Positions 54,205 through 62,441 of a stretch of 64,000 nt of DNA are shown here, in pieces. The notes under the pieces are model-generated. The model was not told where the DNA came from. It did no database searches and saw nothing but the letters and a program-made list of their open reading frames with translations. This DNA is from an uncultured Spirochaetaceae bacterium (GTDB lineage Bacteria > Myxococcota_A > UBA9160 > UBA4427): assembly GCA_964488255.1 (NCBI GenBank), contig CAZAUR010000015.1:6598-70597 (forward strand), written 5' to 3'. A program made the translations under genes and the position numbers. How positions within the stretch are numbered: the first letter of the stretch is position 1; each line of letters begins with the position of its first letter.

Positions 54205-54414
54205 GCGCCCCGAAACGGCGCGCGTTCGATTCGAACGCCGTCCCCGAATCACCCCCTCGTGGTTTCGATCCCGACATCGTGGGTGCTTCACGCGCGCGTG
54301 CGCCGGGCGTTCTCCCCAGGCGAGAGGCACACACCTCACGAGTTGGAACGCGCGTTCATTCCTGCTGCAAATTTGCACGAATAACGCTCAAGGAGACCTC
54401 CCCAGGACCGATCG

Positions 54415-55689
54415 TTGAAATGTTCGCGGTACCGCGAATTGCATTGCGGAAGGGAGGCCGTGGTGTTGAACGACGAAGTCGGCAGAAATTTCCGGGCAGG
54501 CCGTCGCGGCGCTGCGTCCGAGCGAGGAGAGGCGGCACGCGATGCCGTCAAGATCCTCGTCGTCGACGGCGTGCTCGGCTCTCGCTTCTCACTCGTGCAG
54601 GCCGCGTCGCAGCCGGGCTTCCTGGTCGACGCCTGCTCGACGACCGAAGAAGCGCACCGCCATCTCGCGCGCACCGACTACGCGCTCGTGATCGCCGACG
54701 AGGGGATCGCCGGCGAGGCCGGTCTCCCCTTCCTCGAAGACCTGCGGGACCGTCACCCGGAGACCGCGCGCGCGCTGATCGCGAGCGAGTCGGGCTTCGA
54801 ATGGAAGCGCGGTGCGATCGACCGCGCCGACCTGTGCTTCCTCCTCACCAAGCCCTGGAGCAGCGAGGCGCTTCGACGCACGCTCCGGGAGCTCTTCTCC
54901 GAGGGCCGTGCCTTCGCGACCTGGGAACACGTCGACGCCGGCCCGTCTCCGGCTCGCGGATCGACCCCTTCCGCCGAGGGACTCGCTTCGCCCGCGCGTC
55001 ACGAGATCCTGCTGCGGGGCCTCCTCGCCGGGCTCAACTCCTGCGAGACCGAGAGCGAGGTGGTCGAGCTGCTGCGTGCCGAGCTCAGCCAGCCCTTCGG
55101 TACCGAGCGCTGGCTCTGGGTCGACGAGGACCTCGGGCAGGCCGCCGGACTCGCACACGACTGGCCCGTCGAAGAAGGCCTCGACCCCGACGCGCTGGCA
55201 GCGCGCGACCGCATCCTCCTCGCAGTCGCTCGGCGCAGCACCCGGGTCTCACGGCTCGATGCACAGGACGGAGAGGCCGCTCGACCGCGGCAGCAGGCGT
55301 CGTGCTTCGGCGTCCCGCTCCGGATCGGCGGACGCCGCGTCCTGACCGGTCTCGTGTGGGCCGATCGCACGCGAAATACCGGCCTCGTGTCGGCCCTCCG
55401 CGAGCTCGTGGACGGGCTGCAGATGGCGATTCATCGCATCCGCGAGGCGGATGCGCGGGCGCGTGCCGCGCGAGATCTCGCGCAGCGCGTCTCGGAGGAG
55501 CTCCGCACGCCGGTGGGCGCGCTGACGCACGCGGTCGACCTGCTGAGGGGCGAGGCGGAGCGCGCCGGACTCCCGACGGAGTGGGTGGACCGGATCTCTT
55601 CGGAGTCGGAGCGCGTCGCGCGCGCCGTCGAGCATCTCGAGGGCGAGATGCTGGCTGCGCCGCTGCGCACGAATGCACCGACCGGCTGA
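54415..55689 (+). CDS. Receiver-like domain protein with C-terminal DHp-like helix bearing Glu at the H-box His position; no HATPase domain
   Basis: REC-like region: KILVVDGVLG...ALVIADEGIAGEAGLPFLEDL...FLLTKPW. A middle region of unknown or GAF-like fold follows. The C-terminal region reads RVSEELRTPVGALTHAVDLL, where the canonical form is SHELRTPL; the GAG codon is at 55495-55497. The ORF stops about 65 aa later with no N/G1/G2 boxes. The likely start is GTG 54460 or 54463, after GGAAGGGAGG. Confidence 0.8.
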   Translation: MKCSRYRELHCGREAVVLNDEVGRNFRAGRRGAASERGEAARDAVKILVVDGVLGSRFSLVQAASQPGFLVDACSTTEEAHRHLARTDYALVIADEGIAGEAGLPFLEDLRDRHPETARALIASESGFEWKRGAIDRADLCFLLTKPWSSEALRRTLRELFSEGRAFATWEHVDAGPSPARGSTPSAEGLASPARHEILLRGLLAGLNSCETESEVVELLRAELSQPFGTERWLWVDEDLGQAAGLAHDWPVEEGLDPDALAARDRILLAVARRSTRVSRLDAQDGEAARPRQQASCFGVPLRIGGRRVLTGLVWADRTRNTGLVSALRELVDGLQMAIHRIREADARARAARDLAQRVSEELRTPVGALTHAVDLLRGEAERAGLPTEWVDRISSESERVARAVEHLEGEMLAAPLRTNAPTG

Positions 55690-55723
55690 GCGCCGGTCGA
55701 TCGATGCCGGCCCGAGGCCGGCG

Positions 55724-57139
55724 ATGTCTTGGATGGGGGGCGCACTCGAAGTGGCCAGGATCTTGATCGCGGATGGGGAAGAGAACTTCGTACGGCAGGC
55801 GGCGGCGACGCTCCACCTGAATGGCCACGAGGTGTCGAGTTGTCGGCACGTCGAGGAGGCCCTTCGTGTGGCGGCGGGCGATGCACCGCAGCTGGTGCTG
55901 GCCGATCTCCGGCTCGACGGCGGCGGGGCGTTCGAGCTCGTCGATCGTCTGAAGCAGGCGGACATCGGCTGCGGGGTGATCGTGACGACGAACGTGGGCA
56001 GCATCGAGAGCGCCGTCGAGGCGATCCAGCGGGGCGCCCTCAACTACCTGCGTAAACCGATCGACCGTGACGACCTCGTGGCGATCGTCGAGGAGGGGCT
56101 CGCGAAGGCGCACGCCGCGCCGCGCGCGGTGACGACGGTCGAGAATACCGAGAGTGACGACCTGAGCGAGCTGACCGGCATCGTCGGCAGCTCGCGCGCG
56201 ATGGACGACCTCCTTCGCCTCGTCGAAAAGGTCGCGGACACCGACAGCTCGGTCCTGATCACCGGCGAGACCGGCGTCGGCAAGGAGCTCATCGGTCGTG
56301 CGATCCACCGGCTCTCGCGTCGCTCCGACCGCGTCTTCTGTGCGGTGAACTCGGCGGCGTTCCCGGAGACCCTTCTCGAGAGCGAGCTCTTCGGCCATCG
56401 CCGCGGCGCCTTCACCGGTGCCACCGCGAACAAGAAGGGGCTCTTCGAGTTCGCCCACGAAGGCACGGTCTTCCTGGACGAGGTCGCGGAGATGCCGCTG
56501 TCGATGCAGGTGAAGCTCCTGCGCTTCCTCCAGACCGGGGAGGTGCGGCCCGTCGGTGACGAGACGACCCGCTACGTGGACGTCCGGCTCGTCGCGGCAA
56601 CGAACAAGAACCTCGAGCGCGAAGTGGCCGAGGGGACGTTTCGCGAGGATCTCTACTACCGCCTGGCGGTGATTCCGATCCACGTGCCGCCGCTTCGCGA
56701 GCGACCGGAGGACGTGCGCGCCCTGTCGAGTCACTTCCTCAGGCGCTTCGCCGAGCGAGCGGGCAAGCCCGTAGCGCGGATCGCGTCCGATGCGATGGAG
56801 CTCCTGGCGGGATACGCCTGGCCGGGAAACGTGCGGCAGCTCGAGAACTCGATCGAGCGGGGTGTCGCCCTCTGTCAGGGCGAAGAGATCCAGGTCGAGG
56901 ACCTGCCTGTCCGGCTCAAGGAGGAGTCTCTGGTCCGGGAGGGCGAGACGATCCACAGCCTGCAGGTCATGGAGCGTTCGCACATCCTGAACACCCTCGA
57001 GCAGGTCAACTGGAACCGCAAGCGCGCGGCCGCGCTGCTGCAGATCTCGACGACGACGCTCTGGCGTCGCCTCAAGGAGTTCGGCATCGAGACCGACGGC
57101 TCGCGCCGGCCGGCGAGCGCGCCCCAGGTGACGCGCTGA
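55724..57139 (+). CDS. Sigma-54-dependent response regulator (NtrC/FleR/FlrC family)
   Basis: REC region: RILIADGEEN...LVLADLRLDGGG...YLRKP. AAA+ region: GETGVGKE, ESELFGHRRGAFTGA (GAFTGA motif). C-terminal HTH: AAALLQISTTTLWRRLKEFGI. The start is ambiguous (ATG 55724 or a downstream GTG). Confidence 0.9.
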   Translation: MSWMGGALEVARILIADGEENFVRQAAATLHLNGHEVSSCRHVEEALRVAAGDAPQLVLADLRLDGGGAFELVDRLKQADIGCGVIVTTNVGSIESAVEAIQRGALNYLRKPIDRDDLVAIVEEGLAKAHAAPRAVTTVENTESDDLSELTGIVGSSRAMDDLLRLVEKVADTDSSVLITGETGVGKELIGRAIHRLSRRSDRVFCAVNSAAFPETLLESELFGHRRGAFTGATANKKGLFEFAHEGTVFLDEVAEMPLSMQVKLLRFLQTGEVRPVGDETTRYVDVRLVAATNKNLEREVAEGTFREDLYYRLAVIPIHVPPLRERPEDVRALSSHFLRRFAERAGKPVARIASDAMELLAGYAWPGNVRQLENSIERGVALCQGEEIQVEDLPVRLKEESLVREGETIHSLQVMERSHILNTLEQVNWNRKRAAALLQISTTTLWRRLKEFGIETDGSRRPASAPQVTR

Positions 57140-57231
57140 CCCCTTCACGAATTCTCGCTGCGGCGGCGCCCGCCGCGAACCCTAGCGCAAGGACGGGATC
57201 CGAATGCGGATCGCCCTGACGGAGTAGACCG

Positions 57232-57783
57232 ATGGCCAAGGACAAGGACAACGAGAGCGAAGCCGAGGAGACCGAGGCGGCCTCCGGGGGCGGCGGCAAG
57301 GGCGGGATGGTGATGATCATCGCTGCCGCGCTGATCTCGCTCGGGCTCGGCGCCGGTGGTGCCTTCTTCTTCGCGAGTCAGCAGCAGCCTCCGCCGCCGC
57401 CGACCGCGCAGCAGTCGATCGAGGCCGAGCTGGCCGCCGAGAAGGCGGCCGCGAAGCAGCGCGCCCTCACCGAGGACTTCAAGGACCGCCTCTACGGGAT
57501 GGACCCCTTCGTCGTGAACGTGACAGGCGACGGGTACAACCGCATCCTGAAGCTCCGGGTCGAGCTCGAGACGACGGATAGCGACGTGAAGGAAGAGCTC
57601 GACGCGCGACTGCCGCAGGTGCGGGACGCGTTGATCGTGCTCCTCTCGAGCAAGCAGCTCTCGGACATCACGGACTTCGAGGGCAAGGCCCTGCTGAAGG
57701 AAGACATGCTGGAGCGCGTGAACGACCTGCTCGACACGGGTCAGATCCGCTCGATCCTGTTCACGGAGTTCGTCGTCCAGTGA
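57232..57783 (+). CDS. fliL: Flagellar basal body-associated protein FliL
   Basis: One TM helix, then DPFVVNVTGDGYNRILKLRVELE...LPQVRDALIVLLSSKQLSDI...ILFTEFVVQ, matching the FliL pattern. Confidence 0.88.
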   Translation: MAKDKDNESEAEETEAASGGGGKGGMVMIIAAALISLGLGAGGAFFFASQQQPPPPPTAQQSIEAELAAEKAAAKQRALTEDFKDRLYGMDPFVVNVTGDGYNRILKLRVELETTDSDVKEELDARLPQVRDALIVLLSSKQLSDITDFEGKALLKEDMLERVNDLLDTGQIRSILFTEFVVQ

Positions 57784-57814
57784 CGAAGGACCCGAACACG
57801 GAGATCGTCGTTCG

Positions 57815-58744
57815 ATGAGAACCGGCCAGAACGAAGATGCGGTGCTCTCCCGGGAGGAGCTCGATGCTCTGCTCGAGGAGATGCCGAAGGTCCTGTCGGA
57901 CCGGGAAGCGGACATCGATTCGCATCGGCCCCGGTACGCCGAGATGGACCTGCAGCGCGCGAACGAGGACTTCGCGTTCGAGCAGGGCCTGGCGCTCTCG
58001 AATCAGTACCAGCGCGTCATCGGCTTCTCGTTGATCGGCCAGCGCGAGATCGACATGTCGGAGCTCGCGGAGCTGATGCTGCCGACGGATCTCGTCGCCG
58101 CCTATCAGATTCTGCCGAAGGGGCTCGAGGGCTACTTGCTGATGTCGCGCCCCTTCTTCTTCCAGATGCTGAGCATGAGCTTCGGTTCCGGGCCGACGAT
58201 CAAGCCCACGCGTCCGCCGACGCGGGAGTACTCGCGGATCGAGCGCCGCTTCTACGTGCGCTCGGCGACCGAGATGCTCGAGCAGCTCGCGCGCGCGTGG
58301 AACAAGATCGCGGCGACGAGCCTGTCCTTCGAGGGGCTCCTCAGCCGCGCCAGCGTCGCGGACAGTCTCGGTGGGTTCGCCGTGCTGGCCACCTTCGATG
58401 TGAAGGGTTTCTCCGAGTCGTGCCGTGTGCGCGTCGCGATTCCCGCCAGCGCCTTCTCGACGAAGGAAGCGGTCGCGGCCCAGTCCTCGCCGGGTCTCGG
58501 CGCGACCGCCGGTGTCTCCGTGATGGAGGTCCCGATCCGGCTGCGCGCCCGGGTGGGCACTGCGGAGCTCTCGCTCGCCGACGTCGGTCGGCTCGAGCCG
58601 GGCTCGATGATTCCCCTCGACGTTCCGTCCGACGGTGGGCTCACCGTTCGCATCGGGTCCGAGGACAAGTTCAGAGGGATCGCCGGGACGCAGGGCGGCA
58701 AGAGCGCCGTCCAGCTCGGGGACCGACTCGATGGAGTGGAGTAG
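57815..58744 (+). CDS. fliM: Flagellar motor switch protein FliM
   Basis: N-terminal LSREELDALLEE (CheY-P binding-like peptide), a middle domain, and a C-terminal SpoA-like domain (VPIRLRARVGTAELSLADVGRLEPGSMIPLD). Confidence 0.88.
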   Translation: MRTGQNEDAVLSREELDALLEEMPKVLSDREADIDSHRPRYAEMDLQRANEDFAFEQGLALSNQYQRVIGFSLIGQREIDMSELAELMLPTDLVAAYQILPKGLEGYLLMSRPFFFQMLSMSFGSGPTIKPTRPPTREYSRIERRFYVRSATEMLEQLARAWNKIAATSLSFEGLLSRASVADSLGGFAVLATFDVKGFSESCRVRVAIPASAFSTKEAVAAQSSPGLGATAGVSVMEVPIRLRARVGTAELSLADVGRLEPGSMIPLDVPSDGGLTVRIGSEDKFRGIAGTQGGKSAVQLGDRLDGVE

Positions 58745-58782
58745 TAGCCCGTGAGGGACTCGATGAAGTGGAGTAGTACACG

Positions 58783-59136
58783 ATGAGCGACGAAGGCGAA
58801 GAGCTTCCCGAGATCGACGAGAGCGTCGTCGGAAGCGAGGCCGAGAAGCCCGAAGAGGAAGTGGCCGTCGCGGCCGACGGGCCGCCGGATCTGGGACTCA
58901 TCATGGAGGTCCCGCTCCGGCTGAGCGTCGAGGTCGGCAGCGCGAACCTGCCCGTGCGCGACGTGCTCGCGCTCTCGAAGGGCTCCATCGTCGAACTCGA
59001 TCGGTCGAGCGGCGAGCCCGCGGACATCTACGTGAACGACCGACTGATCGCGCGTGGCGAGATTTCGCACGAAGACGATCGCGTCGCCATCCGGATCACC
59101 GAGCTGATCGCCGCGAACGCGGCGGCGCTCACCTGA
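58783..59136 (+). CDS. fliN: Flagellar motor switch protein FliN
   Basis: SpoA domain: MEVPLRLSVEVGSANLPVRDVLALSKGSIVELDRSSGEPADIYVNDRLIARGEI. Confidence 0.9.
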   Translation: MSDEGEELPEIDESVVGSEAEKPEEEVAVAADGPPDLGLIMEVPLRLSVEVGSANLPVRDVLALSKGSIVELDRSSGEPADIYVNDRLIARGEISHEDDRVAIRITELIAANAAALT

Positions 59137-59162
59137 AACCACGCAACGGTGCGGAGGGAACC

Positions 59163-60248
59163 ATGCTCGAGACCGTCGCCGCACTCTGCGTCGTGTTGGG
59201 AGCCATCGTGCTCCTGCGGGTCGCACTCGTGCGCTTCGGCCTCGCACCGGGAGGGCGCGGGGGTGACCGGCGTATCCAGATCGTCGAGACCGTGCCCCTC
59301 GGCGCCAAGCAGCAGCTGCACCTCGTGGAGGTGGACGGCCGCAGTCTCCTGCTCGGTGCGAGTGAGCAGGGCATCGCACGCCTGGCGAGACTGCCGGACG
59401 TCCCGGTCGAAGAACTCGGGGATCGCGTCGAGGAGCCGGCCGGAGACGACGACACGCCTCGGAAGCCGAGACTCGTGAGCGTGCTCCACGCCTGGACGGG
59501 CCTGCTCCCGCTCGTTGCACTCGCCTTCGTGGCGCTGGCGGCGCCCGAGGTCGGCGCGCAGGAGGCCGCAGAGGCGAGTCCGACATTCTCGATTTCGATC
59601 GACGGCGCCATGGCCCCCGACAAGCTGTCGGACACGCTGAAGATCGTCCTCGTCCTGACGGCAATCTCGATCGCGCCTTCGCTCCTGCTGATGGCGACGT
59701 GCTTCACGCGCATCCTGATCGTGCTGGCCCTGCTGCGGCAGGCGATCGGCACGGCGACCCTGCCGCCGAACCAGGTGCTCGTGGGGCTCGCCCTCATGAC
59801 GACCGTCTACGTGATGACGCCGGTCGCGGAGGTCGTCTACGCCGATTCGCTCCAGCCCTACATGGCCGAGGAGATCGGCGGGGAAGTCGCGATCGAGAAG
59901 GGGCTCGCGCCGATTCGCGACTACCTGCTCGCGCATACGCGGGAGAACGATCTGCTCCTCTTCGTCGAGATGAAGGGAGACTCGATCCCGGAGGCGGCGG
60001 AGGAGGTCGGGATCGCGGTGCTGATGCCTGCGTTCATGATCAGCGAGCTGCGTACGGCCTTCGAGATCGGTTTCATGATCTATCTGCCCTTCCTGGTGGT
60101 CGATCTCGTGATCGCTTCGATGCTGATCTCGCTCGGCATGATCATGTTGCCCCCGGTCATGATCGCCTTGCCGTTCAAGCTGATGCTCTTCGTGCTGGTA
60201 GATGGTTGGAATCTGACCCTCACCGCCCTGGTGACGGGGCTGCAGTAG
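59163..60248 (+). CDS. fliP: FliO-like and FliP export-gate sequences in one continuous 361-codon ORF
   Basis: Residues 1 to about 80 look like FliO: a TM helix plus RRIQIVETVPLGAKQQLHLVEVDGRSLLLGASEQGIARL. From about residue 105 comes a signal-like VSVLHAWTGLLPLVALAFVALAAPEVGAQE, then the FliP core (MATCFTRILIVLALLRQAIGTATLPPNQVLVGLAL...LPFKLMLFVLVDGW). No in-frame stop separates them. In-frame GTGs at 59475 and 59481 could also start FliP. Confidence 0.85.
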   Translation: MLETVAALCVVLGAIVLLRVALVRFGLAPGGRGGDRRIQIVETVPLGAKQQLHLVEVDGRSLLLGASEQGIARLARLPDVPVEELGDRVEEPAGDDDTPRKPRLVSVLHAWTGLLPLVALAFVALAAPEVGAQEAAEASPTFSISIDGAMAPDKLSDTLKIVLVLTAISIAPSLLLMATCFTRILIVLALLRQAIGTATLPPNQVLVGLALMTTVYVMTPVAEVVYADSLQPYMAEEIGGEVAIEKGLAPIRDYLLAHTRENDLLLFVEMKGDSIPEAAEEVGIAVLMPAFMISELRTAFEIGFMIYLPFLVVDLVIASMLISLGMIMLPPVMIALPFKLMLFVLVDGWNLTLTALVTGLQ

Positions 60249-60276
60249 GCGTGCGCTCGAGAAGGAGGGGAGGGCG

Positions 60277-60549
60277 ATGTCCCTCGAACAACTCGGATCC
60301 GTGATCCAGGACATGATGCTGACGACGCTGCTCGTCTCGGCGCCGGCCCTCCTCGTGAGTCTGGTCGTCGGTCTGGTGATCGCGGTCTTCCAGGCGGCGA
60401 CGCAGATCAATGAGCAGACCCTCACCTTCGTGCCGAAGATCGTCGCGGTCTTCGGAATCTTCGCGGCGCTCTTCCCCTGGATGATGCAGCTGATGATGGA
60501 GTTCTCCGGCCGCGTCATGCAGATCGTGGCCATGCAGGGCGGCCCGTGA
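60277..60549 (+). CDS. fliQ: Flagellar export gate protein FliQ
   Basis: 90 aa; contains VFQAATQINEQTLTFVPKIVAVF. Confidence 0.92.
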   Translation: MSLEQLGSVIQDMMLTTLLVSAPALLVSLVVGLVIAVFQAATQINEQTLTFVPKIVAVFGIFAALFPWMMQLMMEFSGRVMQIVAMQGGP

Positions 60550-60580
60550 TGGGCCGGGGCGCGCTGAGGGACGACGGGTC

Positions 60581-61369
60581 GTGAGTTCCGAGGTCGGATT
60601 GATGCCCGTATTGTGGGCGTTGCTGGGCAGCGTGCGGGTGTTCGTCATGATGATCGCGGGTCCGGTATTCAGTCATCCCGCGGTCTCGATGCGCATCCGG
60701 ATGATGGCCGCGCTCCTGATCGCCTGGGTCGCGGCACCCGTAGGCACGCCCGTGCTCCAGCAGGCCGAGTGGGACGTCGGCACGCTGGCCGGCGCCGTCA
60801 TGGTGGAAGTGATGATCGGTCTGGTGGTCGGCATCGGGTCGGGCCTCGTCTTTGCAGGCATCCTGCAGCTCGGCGAGTTCGTCGCGATCCAGGGCGGCCT
60901 CGGCGCTGCTCGCAGCCTCGATCCGACCAGCGGCGCTTCGTCGGTCGCGATCGGCACCGCGTTCAACACCTTCGCGATGCTCATCTTCCTGATCATCGGC
61001 GGACACCACGATCTGATCCGCGGGATCGTCGCGTCCTTCGACTCGCTGCCGATCGGAGGAGACCTGCCCGACGTGGGCGTGTACCGCGAGATCGCGGCCC
61101 TCGGCGGCGTGATCTGGGAGCTCGCCTTCCAGCTCGCCGCGCCGATCTCGATCGCGATCTTCGTGCAGAACATGGCGACGGGCGTGCTCGCGCGCGCCAT
61201 GCCTCAGCTGAACCTGCTGCTGGTGAACCTGCCGTTGCACGTCGGGATCCTCCTCTTCCTGGTCGGCTTCGGCGCGACCGAGTTCGTCCACGCGTTCAAG
61301 GACGTGCTCGAGCTCTGGCCGAGTCGTGTGTTCGCGATCCTGATGGAGGGTGGCGGCGTTGCCGGATGA
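60581..61369 (+). CDS. fliR: Flagellar export gate protein FliR
   Basis: 262 aa, polytopic, positioned between fliQ and flhB, with a typical FliR hydrophobic pattern. Confidence 0.88.
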   Translation: MSSEVGLMPVLWALLGSVRVFVMMIAGPVFSHPAVSMRIRMMAALLIAWVAAPVGTPVLQQAEWDVGTLAGAVMVEVMIGLVVGIGSGLVFAGILQLGEFVAIQGGLGAARSLDPTSGASSVAIGTAFNTFAMLIFLIIGGHHDLIRGIVASFDSLPIGGDLPDVGVYREIAALGGVIWELAFQLAAPISIAIFVQNMATGVLARAMPQLNLLLVNLPLHVGILLFLVGFGATEFVHAFKDVLELWPSRVFAILMEGGGVAG

Positions 61370-62441
61370 AGCCGAAAAGACCGAGCCGGCGACCCCCAAG
61401 AAGAAGGAGGACGCGCGGAAGAAGGGGCAGGTGGCCCAGAGTCGCGACGTCTCGACTGTCGTGCTGCTGATCGCCGCCGTGCTCGCGTTGTCCTCGCCGC
61501 TCGGAGCGCGACTCGCGGAGACCGTGCACGACACGGCGCGCACCGCCTGGAGCGGATTGCTGATCACGCCGGGCACGGTCGCGGACTACCACGTCGTCTT
61601 CGTGAAGCTCGGCCTCGTCGTGCTCCTCGCGCTCGCGCCGTTCGCGATCCTCTTCATGGTCGTCGGCATGGCGGGCAACCTGGTCCAGATCGGCTGGATG
61701 CTCTCGCCCGAGGCGCTGCAGCCGAAATTCGAGAAGCTGAATCCGCTCTCGGGCCTGAAGCGCATGGTCAGCCTCGACAAGCTCTACGAGCTCGCGAAGT
61801 CGATCCTGCGGCTGGTCGTGGTGGTCTCCATCCTGGTCTGGCTCCTCGCGCCGTCGCTGCCCGACGTGCTCACCCACATCGGTGCCTCCGTGGTTTCGAT
61901 CGGAGCGTTGGGCGGCGATCTCCTAGAGCGCACGATCTGGACGATCCTCGCCATCTTCGCGGTCTTCGCCGTCGTGGACTACGTGTGGCAGCGCTATCAG
62001 CACGAGAAGCGTCTGCGCATGACGAAGCAGGAGGTGCGGGACGAGACCAAGCAGCGCGAGGGCGATCCGAAGGTCAAGAGCCGGATCCGGCAGATCCAGC
62101 GCGAGGTCGCTCAGCGCCGCATGTTCGAAGCGATCGCCGACGCCGACGTCGTGATCGTGAACCCGACCCACTACGCCGTCGCGCTGCAGTACCGGCCTCC
62201 GGAGCAGAGCTCGCCCAAGGTGCTCGCGAAGGGACGCAACCACGTCGCGCTCCGGATCCGTCGCCGCGCGGAGGAGCTCGAGATTCCGATCGTCGAGAAC
62301 CCGCCGGTCGCGCAGCTGCTGTACCGCACGGCACAGATCGATCGCGAGATCCCGGAAGACCTCTACCAGGCGGTCGCTGAAGTGCTCGCCTACGTCTACA
62401 AGCTCGATCCGGGCAAGGCGAATGGCTGGAGGGCGGCCTGA
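61350..62441 (+). CDS. flhB: Flagellar export switch protein FlhB
   Basis: N-terminus EKTEPATPKKKEDARKKGQVAQSRD, four TM segments, and the NPTHYAVAL autocleavage site. The start is GTG 61350 or TTG 61359; it overlaps the fliR end. Confidence 0.92.
   Translation: MAALPDEAEKTEPATPKKKEDARKKGQVAQSRDVSTVVLLIAAVLALSSPLGARLAETVHDTARTAWSGLLITPGTVADYHVVFVKLGLVVLLALAPFAILFMVVGMAGNLVQIGWMLSPEALQPKFEKLNPLSGLKRMVSLDKLYELAKSILRLVVVVSILVWLLAPSLPDVLTHIGASVVSIGALGGDLLERTIWTILAIFAVFAVVDYVWQRYQHEKRLRMTKQEVRDETKQREGDPKVKSRIRQIQREVAQRRMFEAIADADVVIVNPTHYAVALQYRPPEQSSPKVLAKGRNHVALRIRRRAEELEIPIVENPPVAQLLYRTAQIDREIPEDLYQAVAEVLAYVYKLDPGKANGWRAA

Noticed and set aside
53433-55766. 777-aa plus-strand ORF spanning motB and the regulator gene
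   Set aside because: It is out of frame with motB and the REC-DHp gene. It is extremely Arg/Pro/Gly-rich (runs of RRRR) and crosses a clear intergenic region. It is not a real fusion protein.
55085-57148. 687-aa minus-strand ORF
   Set aside because: Antisense to the sigma-54 activator, whose Walker A, GAFTGA and HTH motifs fix the plus frame.
57140-57231. Sigma-54 promoter expected upstream of fliL
   Set aside because: No GG-N10-GC arrangement with the correct spacing was found by eye in the 92-nt intergenic region. fliL may be co-transcribed with the activator gene.
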